This document shows, one piece after another, positions 40,723 to 50,217 of a stretch of DNA of 64,000 bases. Below the pieces are notes generated by a model that saw only the letters and a list, made by a program, of their open reading frames with translations, was not told the DNA's origin and made no database searches. A program made the position numbers and the translations under genes. The stretch's first letter is position 1. Each line of letters starts with the position of its first letter. The stretch is taken from positions 111,347 through 175,346 of the forward strand of contig JAIOSV010000089.1 in the NCBI GenBank assembly GCA_021107435.1, in the 5' to 3' direction. The stretch is from Candidatus Sabulitectum sp. Its GTDB lineage: Bacteria; Fermentibacterota; Fermentibacteria; Fermentibacterales; JCC-6.

Positions 40723-41498
40723 TGTCCGAAGAATTCTACAACGGATTCGCGGAGTACTACCATTTCCATCTGGCCGCTGTTGGACGTGATGACGTACGCT
40801 TTTTCACAGAGCTTTGCAGGTCAACTGGCGGAAAAGTTCTTGAGGTCGGCTGTGGAACCGGCAGAACGCTCATCCCCTGCGCAAAAGCAGGCGCGGATGT
40901 AACTGGACTGGACCTTTCCGGGGACATGCTGTCCTTCTGCAGAAAGGCTGTCAATCAGGAGAGCAGGAATGTCAACAGCAGAGTTGAACTTGTAAAAGCA
41001 GATATGACAAGCTTTGATCTGGGACGGAAGTTTCAGCTGATCACCACACCTTTCCGCTCTTTCCAGCATCTGGCGACTGTAGAAGAACAACTGGCAGCTC
41101 TTTCCTGCATCCGCAGTCATTCAGCTTCCGGAGGAACTTTTGTTCTGGATATATTCGATCCTGATCTGGAAATCCTCACTGATACTAATCGGGCACAGGA
41201 ATTCGGAGAAGAACCGCCGTTCATTCTGAGAGATGGCAGAGAAGTCACTGTCACATACAGAAACCCCTTGGTGAACCCTGTTATGCAGATCGTGCACTGC
41301 GAGATGATCTTCAGAGTAAAGCATTCTGACGGACGACATGAAAGACTGGTGCAGAAATTCACTATGCGCTTCACTTACCGCTGGGAAGCTGAGCATCTTC
41401 TCCACAGAGCAGGGTTCAGAGTTCGGTCTGTCCTTGGAGGGTACAACGGTGAACCTGTCGGTTCAGGAGAATTGATTTTCATTGCGGAAGCCAGATGA
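40722..41498 (+). CDS. Class I SAM-dependent methyltransferase
   Basis: VLEVGCGTGR, GLDLS..ML, ADMTSF. Confidence 0.9.
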   Translation: MSEEFYNGFAEYYHFHLAAVGRDDVRFFTELCRSTGGKVLEVGCGTGRTLIPCAKAGADVTGLDLSGDMLSFCRKAVNQESRNVNSRVELVKADMTSFDLGRKFQLITTPFRSFQHLATVEEQLAALSCIRSHSASGGTFVLDIFDPDLEILTDTNRAQEFGEEPPFILRDGREVTVTYRNPLVNPVMQIVHCEMIFRVKHSDGRHERLVQKFTMRFTYRWEAEHLLHRAGFRVRSVLGGYNGEPVGSGELIFIAEAR

Positions 41499-41500
41499 AT

Positions 41501-41887
41501 TCACACAACAGACAGTAAATCCTTCAAGGCCTCTCCACTGATCATCCTCAATTTTCTCCAGCTCCAATGGTCAGTTACGGTGTTTTCCACAAACTTATGC
41601 ACACGTACTTCAAAACCTTTACTTTCCCATTGTATTTCACACCCCTGAAGCAGCCTGTGAACAGCAGCTTTCCGACACAGTAAACAACCTGTTACCGGCA
41701 GATCATCCAATCTGAGCTTAACACGCTCCACATCAACAAGTTCAGGTACATTCCCCGGGTTACTATACTCTGCTTTATTCCTGTCTGTATACAGTCTCAG
41801 GCCATAGTGAATAATGGACTCCTTCCTGAGCTTCACTTTTCGCTGCGTAACAGACTGGATTAACAACGCTTTATCGCTTTCCCGCAA
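41501..41887 (-). CDS. Hypothetical protein or gene remnant
   Basis: Open frame with no clear RBS; stays open up to the TGA of the upstream gene. Confidence 0.3.
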   Translation of the reverse strand: MRESDKALLIQSVTQRKVKLRKESIIHYGLRLYTDRNKAEYSNPGNVPELVDVERVKLRLDDLPVTGCLLCRKAAVHRLLQGCEIQWESKGFEVRVHKFVENTVTDHWSWRKLRMISGEALKDLLSVV

Positions 41888-42007
41888 GAGGTTTTCAACA
41901 AATGTCGTATTATCTAACTCAAATCCAATAAAAGAAACCAGCCGGGCAAACTCAGCGATTGAACTACTGCCGGAGAATAGCCCGTAGGGGCTGGGATCCT
42001 CCGCTGA

Positions 42008-43012
42008 TCACTTCAAATACTTTGCCAGAGTCGTGAAATCAAGATCAAGGTAAGGTTCAGCATTCTCGATCTTTTCCAGTCTGCCTTTCATGAATTGTCC
42101 ACACCATCCAGTCAGATTATTCACATCGAAGCTTCTATGAATGATGGCGTACAGGTCAATCTCTCTCATTCTCAGGAAAAGAGGAATCTCCTTAAGCCAG
42201 ACAAAATCCAGGCTGTTCTCTTTTGAGTATCCATGTAGAAATGATGGGAGGAACTCACCTGCCGTTCTCTCCGGATCTTCAACATTGGTTACCATATAAA
42301 AAAGAACTATAGCCAGATCGTTGATGAACCAGTTCCTGTTGCAATCGTCAAAGTCAAACAGATGTATGGTTCCCTTTTCATCAACAAGCATGTTCCCGCT
42401 ATGGGCATCAAAATGAATCAGCCCGAAGGAATCAATATCCAAGGGAAGGGATTCCAGTCGAGATAGTATTTCTTCGTATCTTTCTCTCGCAACAGGTTGA
42501 TCGTCAGGAAGGTTTATCAGGACATCATCGTTTATGTCCGGAGAACTCCACAAAGGCCTCTGGATACCCGGATCTGAAGGAGTGTACTGCTTTGCGAGCC
42601 TGTGCATCTGTCCCATTAAAGTACCGTAGTCGGTGAAAAGCTCTGGAGTCCATCCAAACGCCCGGGGAGGCTTTCCCTTTACTTCATTGAAAGCAGTGGC
42701 AAGAAAATAGTCACCATGTCCGTCTGCAATACCCTCGACAAGATCCCCCCTGAAAGACAACACCGCGTCTGCCACTGAAACCCCATTTGACGCAAGATAC
42801 CTTATCCACTCAACCTCAGCTTGAATAAGCTTTTCGGATCTGCGGAGACTGTGAGCTATCCTCAGAACATATCCTGCGTTATTCAGACTGTACCTGAACA
42901 TGTAACTCTCAAATCCACCCAGTTTCTCCAGCCTGTCCCTGCTGATTCCATACCTTACAGCAACCTCTTCGATGATGTGTTCACAAAATCTGTCTGTGAT
43001 TCTCTTTTCCAA
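42008..43012 (-). CDS. Aminoglycoside/choline phosphotransferase family kinase (probable TTG start)
   Basis: GLIHFDAHSGN, FDFDD, DLAI; GGGAGG RBS before TTG 43012. Confidence 0.85.
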   Translation of the reverse strand: MEKRITDRFCEHIIEEVAVRYGISRDRLEKLGGFESYMFRYSLNNAGYVLRIAHSLRRSEKLIQAEVEWIRYLASNGVSVADAVLSFRGDLVEGIADGHGDYFLATAFNEVKGKPPRAFGWTPELFTDYGTLMGQMHRLAKQYTPSDPGIQRPLWSSPDINDDVLINLPDDQPVARERYEEILSRLESLPLDIDSFGLIHFDAHSGNMLVDEKGTIHLFDFDDCNRNWFINDLAIVLFYMVTNVEDPERTAGEFLPSFLHGYSKENSLDFVWLKEIPLFLRMREIDLYAIIHRSFDVNNLTGWCGQFMKGRLEKIENAEPYLDLDFTTLAKYLK

Positions 43013-43063
43013 AGCTTCCTCCCGAATGGGTTGTGCTGATGTATACACATTATACTAACTGCT

Positions 43064-44041
43064 ATGATTAATCGAATAACTCAATGGTTCTGGGCACTCC
43101 TCCGAAAAACAGGGGGAGTCTGTCTGGATCTCTTCAGGGTAATGATACCTGCTCTGATTGCTGTAAAGATTCTGGAGATCACTGGTATCTTTGGCCCCAT
43201 CGCCGACGCCTTCGCCCCTGTAATGGAACTATGCGGACTCCCCGGTGAAGCAGGTCTTGCCTGGGTTACAGGAATGCTCTCCAACATGTACGGCGGTCTA
43301 ACCGTTACTGCAGGAATGATACATTCGCTTCATCTGAACTCAGCTCAAGTTACCACTCTTTGCTGCATGCTTCTGATTTCTCACTCACTTCCCGTGGAAA
43401 TCACAGTCGCAGCCCGTGCGGGGATCAAACCATGGTTTCTGATTCCCTTCAGACTTATCACCGGTCTTCTCTTCGGAATTATCCTGGGCAGACTGTTCTC
43501 TCTAACAGGCGCTCTGCAGGGAACTCCTGCTGTGCTTTGGAGCGCGGCAGAGCAGGGAGCGAGCCTGACTGAATGGCTCCTTGGAACCTTGAGAAGCATG
43601 GCAACCATCTTCTTTGTAATCCTCGCCGTACTGGGTATCATGGACATCCTTGAAAAAATCGGGGGCATGGATCTTCTCAAGCGAATTTTCAGACCTGTCT
43701 TCACTCCGATGGGAATCGGTGACGAGGCATCTACAATCACAGTTATCGGTCTGACTCTGGGACTTTCCTATGGCGGCGGAATGATCATCAGAGAAGCAGA
43801 AAGGGGAACAATCCCTCCAAGACAGATACTGGCTTCTGTGTCCTTCATGAGCATTTGCCATGCTGTTGTCGAGGATACAATGCTTGTGGCTTCTCTGGGA
43901 GTCTGGGTGGTGGCCGCTTTGCCGGGAAGAATTCTCTTTTCCTGGGTAGTAATGTTCCTGTTGCTGCTGGGATCCCGACATCTGCCCGACAGAATCATCG
44001 GTCGGATATGCAGTTCACAGGCAGAAATCGAGTCAGTTTGA
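43064..44041 (+). CDS. Nucleoside-recognition (Gate) domain membrane protein
   Basis: Multiple TM helices; GLPGE, HSLPVE, GLTLGLSYGG, CHAVVEDT. Confidence 0.8.
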   Translation: MINRITQWFWALLRKTGGVCLDLFRVMIPALIAVKILEITGIFGPIADAFAPVMELCGLPGEAGLAWVTGMLSNMYGGLTVTAGMIHSLHLNSAQVTTLCCMLLISHSLPVEITVAARAGIKPWFLIPFRLITGLLFGIILGRLFSLTGALQGTPAVLWSAAEQGASLTEWLLGTLRSMATIFFVILAVLGIMDILEKIGGMDLLKRIFRPVFTPMGIGDEASTITVIGLTLGLSYGGGMIIREAERGTIPPRQILASVSFMSICHAVVEDTMLVASLGVWVVAALPGRILFSWVVMFLLLLGSRHLPDRIIGRICSSQAEIESV

Positions 44042-45397
44042 ACCAAGCTCCGACTCGTTCAGCATCTTCGACTGATTATCCCAGAGAGCTGAAAAACATT
44101 GATCCACTGTGGGATTTTCCGGTAGAATTCCGTCGGCAGTCATGTCCTCCAGCATCCTGAGGATAGTGCCGATCACTGGTCCTTCGAAACCCATTGCTTG
44201 AAGATTCTGGCCCATATCCGCTGGAAGTATCCTTCCCCGGATCTGCTCCGCAGACCGATTCCGCAATTCCCGAAGCGACTCTAAATATCTACTTATGTAT
44301 TCGGGATTGTGAGTTTTTATATCTGCCTCCGCAAGGAGAAACAGATTCTCAAGCTGGTCACCCACATCCCTGATAAGCCTTCTTACTGAACTGTTCTTCC
44401 ACTCTGACCGGTAAAGAACCGGACGCATGTGGTTTCTAACCAGCACACCCAGGGCTCTCTTGTCGGCCCTGGAGAAGCGAAGTCTCTCCGCTACGGAGTT
44501 GGCGATCTTCTCTCCCTGGACTTCATGACCGTGAAAGTGAGGTTCCCCTGCGTCGTCAATCTTCCGAACAAGACCTTTCGCGGAGTCATGCAATAAAGCT
44601 GCCCACCGAAGCAGTGTCACCGGAGGCACCTTTGCAACAACATCAAGGGTGTGATGCCACGCATCCCCGGTATGATACTTCCCCTGCTTCAGTCCGTCTA
44701 TCACAAACAAGTGTTCAAGCTCGGGAAGTACCTTCAGGAGAACACCATCATACTTCATCATCGAAAGAGCTTCAGCTGCTCTTTCTCCGTTTCCCACAAC
44801 AAGAAGACCGGTAATCTCCTTGTATTTACGCTCCGCTGAAATGGTTGCAAGCTCCGGCGAAAAATTTCTTGCTGAATGCCGAACCCGTTCCGCGATAGTG
44901 AAACCCAGTTTCGCGGCAAATCTGTAGGCTCTGAGAATACGTAAAGGGTCGTCCAGAAACGCTGAATCCGGATCGCCCGGCGTGTCTATCAGTTTGTTTT
45001 CGAGGTCTTTCATTCCTCCACACGGATCAATGAGTTCACCTTTTGAGTCAATGGCCATCGCATTAATGGTGAAATCCCTGCGCTTGAGATCTTTCTGGAT
45101 GGTTCCCCCGAATTCCACAGTCGGAAATCTTGAACCTCTGCGATAGATTTCAGAACTGCGAAAAGTTGTTATTTCAGCCTTCTCGTGGGTTTCAGGAGAG
45201 ATTACCGTAATAGTTCCGTAGCGAACACCAGTGGGAATAACCTTTATACCAGTTTCAGAAAGGAAATCAATAACATCTCCCGGGCTGGCATCGGTCGCGT
45301 AATCCATATCGCCGGAAGGAATCTCCAGCATTCTGTCACGCACCGCGCCTCCAACGAGGAAAAGACTGTGGCCTGCTTTCTCAAAGATATCAAACAT
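44033..45397 (-). CDS. cca: CCA tRNA nucleotidyltransferase / poly(A) polymerase family with HD domain
   Basis: VGGAVRD, DMDYAT, RRDFTINAMA, DDPLRILRA, LLHD.AK. Confidence 0.85.
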   Translation of the reverse strand: MFDIFEKAGHSLFLVGGAVRDRMLEIPSGDMDYATDASPGDVIDFLSETGIKVIPTGVRYGTITVISPETHEKAEITTFRSSEIYRRGSRFPTVEFGGTIQKDLKRRDFTINAMAIDSKGELIDPCGGMKDLENKLIDTPGDPDSAFLDDPLRILRAYRFAAKLGFTIAERVRHSARNFSPELATISAERKYKEITGLLVVGNGERAAEALSMMKYDGVLLKVLPELEHLFVIDGLKQGKYHTGDAWHHTLDVVAKVPPVTLLRWAALLHDSAKGLVRKIDDAGEPHFHGHEVQGEKIANSVAERLRFSRADKRALGVLVRNHMRPVLYRSEWKNSSVRRLIRDVGDQLENLFLLAEADIKTHNPEYISRYLESLRELRNRSAEQIRGRILPADMGQNLQAMGFEGPVIGTILRMLEDMTADGILPENPTVDQCFSALWDNQSKMLNESELGSN

Positions 45398-45497
45398 GCA
45401 GTAAATATAATCCAGAAGAAAGCTTCAGTGTATGGTTCGGAGTACTTCTGATTCTTCAGAAACCCGTACAGGCTGAATCTGCCCAGCATGCAGTTTC

Positions 45498-46667
45498 CTA
45501 TCTTTTGAATATTTTACGAAGGAATCTCTTAAAACTGCCGGGTTTCTTCCCGAAGGATTCTCCGGATTGCTCTCTGTACAGGTGAGAGAGTATTGAGGTG
45601 AAATCCACGTGAGCCTCAACCAGCTCCACGATGCTCCTTATCTTCTCTTCCTCATGGGGTTCCACCTTGAATATCTTCTGAGACAGTTTGCCAGCCGACT
45701 TTTCAAGGCCCTGTCCGGTTGCGTACAGGGGGATTCCCGTAATCCTGAGCGCCTCTGTTCTTCTGGAATCAGGTTCACCGCCGCAGACAATAACAGCTGC
45801 GGGTCCCTTCCCTCCGGATACTCGGGAGACCACCAGTGCATCAAGTATATCAGGTCGTGAGTGATCCACCAGCAGTGAATGCCGCGGGTTCTTCCCAACA
45901 ATACGCAGTACTTTTTCCGCAGACCCGAAGGCAGTTAAGTATCCTGCTGCAGAAGAGGCAGTACCGGTCTCCAGCGAAACCACCGGCTCTGCTCCAAGAG
46001 CTTTTTGTATCAATCCAAATGAAGGCCTTGCTATGCTGTCCTCGTAGGGAATATACCCGAATACTGCAATACCCCTTTCTCCAAACCATTTCCCCAGAAG
46101 AGTCTTCACCGATTCCATCTTGGAGGGAACAATCCTGTTTATAACAACGCCAAGCACTGGTACATCAAGATTGTGGAACATTGAAGCGCAAATACTGTAT
46201 CGATCTATTGTGGAGCCAATACCGCCATCCAAAACGAGTATAACCGGGGTCCCCAGTATCTTTGCAACCCTGGCATTGGACATATCGAACACACTCCCCA
46301 CTCCAGGGTGTCCTGTGCCCTCAACTACAACCATTCGACCCTTCCGGCTCAGTGATTTGTAAGCTCTGCGTATTCTGCCCGGCAGATCAGATGGTTCCCC
46401 CAGTTTAATGTAACGCGCAGCTGAGCCCGAAGAGGCAACAAACGGTGCCGAGTTGTCCAGTGAAAGTTCCATGTGTAGAGCTCTGTCTACAAACCAGGAA
46501 TCCTGCCCCACCTGTTCACCCTCTACAAGAGTAGTTTTCTGACCCAGAGGTTTTGTAAATGCCACCCCTTCCGGAAGGGATTTTCTGAACTCCTCAAGCA
46601 ACCCCAGGCACAGGGTTGTCTTCCCCGCGTCTTTTCCTGCTCCGGCAATGTAAATCCCTCTGCCCAT
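45498..46667 (-). CDS. AAA_26/BioD-like + DRTGG-like protein (phosphate acetyltransferase N-terminal-like)
   Basis: GKDAGKTT, KPLG, VEGTGH.GVGSV, GGIGS.ID. Confidence 0.8.
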   Translation of the reverse strand: MGRGIYIAGAGKDAGKTTLCLGLLEEFRKSLPEGVAFTKPLGQKTTLVEGEQVGQDSWFVDRALHMELSLDNSAPFVASSGSAARYIKLGEPSDLPGRIRRAYKSLSRKGRMVVVEGTGHPGVGSVFDMSNARVAKILGTPVILVLDGGIGSTIDRYSICASMFHNLDVPVLGVVINRIVPSKMESVKTLLGKWFGERGIAVFGYIPYEDSIARPSFGLIQKALGAEPVVSLETGTASSAAGYLTAFGSAEKVLRIVGKNPRHSLLVDHSRPDILDALVVSRVSGGKGPAAVIVCGGEPDSRRTEALRITGIPLYATGQGLEKSAGKLSQKIFKVEPHEEEKIRSIVELVEAHVDFTSILSHLYREQSGESFGKKPGSFKRFLRKIFKR

Positions 46668-46740
46668 CTTTCTCCATTCCTGCTATTTCATGCAAGAGTT
46701 CCGCTGACTGTACAGGGACGAAAAATCCCCCCTGAATTCA

Positions 46741-49008
46741 TTACCTTATTAAAAGCAGGTTCTTCGATCTTGCAAAGCCGTTCTCCAATTTCAGCATACA
46801 GAAGTAGATGCCTGTACACGCACTTTCGCCGTGATTGTTTTTTCCGTCCCACAGTACTGAGTAATTTCCAGCATATTGATTCCCGCTAACCAGTGTTCTT
46901 ATCTCTCTACCCTGAATATCGTATATTTTCAGGGTTATTCCTGTATTGCTTTGCAATTGATATTCTATAATTGTTGATATGTTAAATGGATTAGGATAAT
47001 TCTGCGATAGAGCCATGCCAGCCGGGAGAAATACATCTTCTTCAGCTATCTGCACCAGGCCCGGATCCTGCAATATCAGGAATGAAGATTCTGTGGTAAC
47101 AAACAAATATTGATTAAGCATTGCTACACTGTAACAGCATCCCGGTATCGGGTATTCTTCCACTGCCGATGGTACTTCAGGATCCGATACATCTATCTTC
47201 AGCAAGTTGTAATCTGCGATATAGGCAATGCTGTCACAAACGCAAATACCGGTTGCACTTGTAACATCATCGTATGTGCTGATTATTACCGGACTGCTGA
47301 TATTTGTTATATCAATTATCTGCATACACTGACTGCATACAAGATACACCAGGTCGTCCTGCACTACTATATCCCTTGCGTAGTTGCATGCAGTTGTGAT
47401 AGAAGTTATCAGTTGAGGATTTGATGAGTTACTCACATCCACTATCCATAAAGTATTTTCACCATCTCCGGCGACAAAGGCATATCCATTACTGACACAT
47501 ACCCTGAGTGCGGAATTACCGAGTGCCAATGCACCCATCTCTACAGGGTTTAATGGATCCTGCAAGTCCAGTATTACCAGATCATCATCATCCAGAATGT
47601 AGACATAAGAAGTACCAGCAAATATATCTTTGGCAGAGTACCCGTACTCTCCTGCAAGTTGCGGAGAGTCGGGGTTACTGACATCGAGAGCAATAAGTGT
47701 GGAGGTTGAACTGATGTAATCCTGCATGTAAGCATAGTTGTATTTAACATCAAGGTTATTGGGCAATGCAAACAGACCCATTTCATATTCTCCCCTTGGA
47801 AGGGGATTTTCCGGATTGCTGATATCAATGATTTTCAATCCGCCCGGCACTAAACAGAACTCACCCATATCTGCGATGTACGCAATGTTCCCGTCAATAC
47901 TGACTTCCTGAAGCCAGTAAGGTCTTTCCAGGCTTCCTTCCAGATAAGTACTTGCAGGTTGCTGAATATTCAGTATTTCCAGAAAAGAACCCTCAGATGA
48001 AACCAGATAATCTCCGCTGAGAAAGACCGACCTTACATCATCCATCGTAGAAAATGTCTGGGCTATAAATGGAGCACTAATGTTGGAGATATCAATAACA
48101 TCCATATCGTCAGCGGCAACGAAGACGTAGTTGCCTGCTGCTTTAACACCATACGCAGGTCCGGATGTCTGAATATGCGATTTGAAAACTGGATTTGACG
48201 GAACAGTTACATCAACAATTTCAAGCCCGTTAGTATGGTCTGCTATTATGGCGTGTCCATTTGATATGATTACATCGTTCCCGTAACCGGAAGTTTGATA
48301 GTCTGAAACAAAAACTGGAATCTCGGGAACAGTTATGTCAAGAATCGTAAGCCCCTTGTTCCCCGTATCGGAAATGTACGCATAGTTGCCAACTGCATCT
48401 ATTCCCACGGCTCCCGGTATCGGGAAAAAGCCTACTGAATCGGGTACAGCGGGGTTGGTAACATCAAAAACTTTCATACCTGTTCCGTCAGCCACATAGA
48501 GAACAGCACCGCACAGAAAAAGAGAATGAGCTCTTTGTAAAGGATATGTTGATACGAGTTCCATACTGCTGATATCAATAGTTCGAAGACCGTCTTTGTC
48601 ACCAATATATGCATAATTACCATCAACTATAATATCATTTTTGCCTGTTATCCCTTTGTATCCGCAGGGAATATATAGCTCTGAAACAACTGCGGGATTT
48701 GAAACATCGGAGATGTCAATATGACAAAGACCATTATTGAAGGAGGCCCAGACATCCGTACCTGTGATGAATACATCAGTAACATGAGACCACATGCAGC
48801 TTCCTGCGTACTCAATGTTTTGTTCCCAGGTACACCGATTAATGTAAAAATCGTCACTAACCCAATTGTGTGGAAGAACATTATTCTGATTAGCTCTCAT
48901 AAGTAAAGCTTGAGAGAATGCAGGAATCGCGAAAAAAGTAACTATCAGGGGGAGCAGAATAAATGAATTTACTGCTTCCTTCCCGTGTGATTCTCCTCCA
49001 TTGAACAT
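46741..49008 (-). CDS. LVIVD-repeat secreted protein with C-terminal T9SS/FlgD-like domain
   Basis: Repeated G.YAY.AD..GL.IIDISNP; QNYPNPFN, IYDIQGR, WDGKN, GIYF. Confidence 0.88.
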   Translation of the reverse strand: MFNGGESHGKEAVNSFILLPLIVTFFAIPAFSQALLMRANQNNVLPHNWVSDDFYINRCTWEQNIEYAGSCMWSHVTDVFITGTDVWASFNNGLCHIDISDVSNPAVVSELYIPCGYKGITGKNDIIVDGNYAYIGDKDGLRTIDISSMELVSTYPLQRAHSLFLCGAVLYVADGTGMKVFDVTNPAVPDSVGFFPIPGAVGIDAVGNYAYISDTGNKGLTILDITVPEIPVFVSDYQTSGYGNDVIISNGHAIIADHTNGLEIVDVTVPSNPVFKSHIQTSGPAYGVKAAGNYVFVAADDMDVIDISNISAPFIAQTFSTMDDVRSVFLSGDYLVSSEGSFLEILNIQQPASTYLEGSLERPYWLQEVSIDGNIAYIADMGEFCLVPGGLKIIDISNPENPLPRGEYEMGLFALPNNLDVKYNYAYMQDYISSTSTLIALDVSNPDSPQLAGEYGYSAKDIFAGTSYVYILDDDDLVILDLQDPLNPVEMGALALGNSALRVCVSNGYAFVAGDGENTLWIVDVSNSSNPQLITSITTACNYARDIVVQDDLVYLVCSQCMQIIDITNISSPVIISTYDDVTSATGICVCDSIAYIADYNLLKIDVSDPEVPSAVEEYPIPGCCYSVAMLNQYLFVTTESSFLILQDPGLVQIAEEDVFLPAGMALSQNYPNPFNISTIIEYQLQSNTGITLKIYDIQGREIRTLVSGNQYAGNYSVLWDGKNNHGESACTGIYFCMLKLENGFARSKNLLLIR

Positions 49009-49274
49009 TATTTTCCCTTCGTCCGGAATACAACCATGAGCCAGTATGAATTTACCCGAACTTACAATACCGCTGTCAATGCCGTCCTGTCAACGCAACA
49101 CAAAGCTCTGAGGGCTGCTGCTTTGAAACTCCCCAAAATCACATAATAGAAGCTGTTTGGGAATTCGCGGGACGATTCCACTTTAAGGAGCACAGCTCCT
49201 GCGTTGACAAACCGGTGCACTCCGTAATAAGATATGAAATGTGTCCCACTGACAAATGAAAGGACAGATCCTTC

Positions 49275-49826
49275 ATGCCTTCAAAATTCTCATTCATACT
49301 CATTCTGGCAATTGGTGCAGGACTTCTTTTTATTGCTGCTTACTTCATGAGTGATGCCTCAACAAGTAAAACCATCATACAGGAAAGCCGTCGGTTGGAA
49401 TACGAACCTATAGAATACCTGCGTAATCAGGATCCCATTGAGTACACCAGCAGAAGGTGGGAAATAGATAACCGGTATGACGCTCAACTGAATATCATCA
49501 TCCTTCATAAGGAAGCAGGAGCCTGGGGCGCTGGAATCTTCGGGGTTCTTCTTATCATGCTTGGAACTATAGACTTCAGACTTTACCGCAGAAGATGTTC
49601 TCAACGTCAGAAGGGCATTCTCGCCAAACTGGTAGAGCAACACATAGATGCTCTTCTAGCAAAACGGGATGATGTGTTCAACGCGGGAAACGCAGAAAAG
49701 TGGACTTTCGAGAAATCAATATTCATCGAGAATGTATTCAGCAAAGAGAATACCGGCAGACTTCTGTTCAACAAAGAAGAGATATCCACAATGATAGATC
49801 AGATCATAGATGGAACTCTGGAATAG
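49275..49826 (+). CDS. Hypothetical membrane protein (2 TM)
   Basis: Two hydrophobic segments; AAGGA RBS; TTGACA-18bp-TAAGAT upstream (49204-49233). Confidence 0.6.
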   Translation: MPSKFSFILILAIGAGLLFIAAYFMSDASTSKTIIQESRRLEYEPIEYLRNQDPIEYTSRRWEIDNRYDAQLNIIILHKEAGAWGAGIFGVLLIMLGTIDFRLYRRRCSQRQKGILAKLVEQHIDALLAKRDDVFNAGNAEKWTFEKSIFIENVFSKENTGRLLFNKEEISTMIDQIIDGTLE

Positions 49827-49929
49827 AAAAAATCTTCAGCTCCAAACGGTCTAACTTTCTGGTTCCTCTCTGTATTTACATACCGATTCGCATTGTTCTT
49901 CAAGATGAGAGGTTGCTTCGGACGCAGAA

Positions 49930-49952
49930 TTCGAATCCCGTTTGGGGTGCCA
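49930..49952 (+). other. Orphan tRNA 3'-end fragment (att-like scar)
   Basis: TTCGAATCCCGTTTGGGGTGCCA = T-loop, T-stem 3' strand, 7-nt acceptor strand, discriminator and CCA; no 5' half upstream. Confidence 0.65.
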
Positions 49953-49969
49953 GGTAGAACAACTTCTAC

Positions 49970-49997
49970 AGTTCGATAAGCATACACTACGAGGTGC
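49970..49997 (+). repeat. 28-bp cassette-boundary repeat R1
   Basis: AGTTCGATAAG-CATACA-CTACGAGGTGC. Confidence 0.85.
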
Positions 49998-50138
49998 CCG
50001 GGAATGATTCGTAATAGTCAACAATTGACATTCAGGGAAAACTGAGAATTGCAAAATCTAACTTAAGGGGTGTCTATTTTGTTGGGGGCCTTTCTTCACC
50101 AGTCTTGACTTCTATCAAAACAGAGAGAATATTACCAT

Positions 50139-50204
50139 TGCGGTTGAGAGGGCTGCCATGGCGGTTCGTTGAACTTTTGTTCACTTGGCTGCATTTTTCT
50201 TTTT
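50139..50204 (+). ncRNA. Candidate structured RNA upstream of the DUF3800 gene (three-way junction plus U-tract)
   Basis: Outer stem TGCGGTTGAG/CTTGGCTGCA, inner hairpins GGGCTGC/GCGGTTC and TGAAC/GTTCA, then TTTTTCTTTTT; TTGACT-17bp-AATATT promoter-like sequence at 50105-50133. Confidence 0.6.
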
Positions 50205-50217
50205 CTGGGGGGCATAA

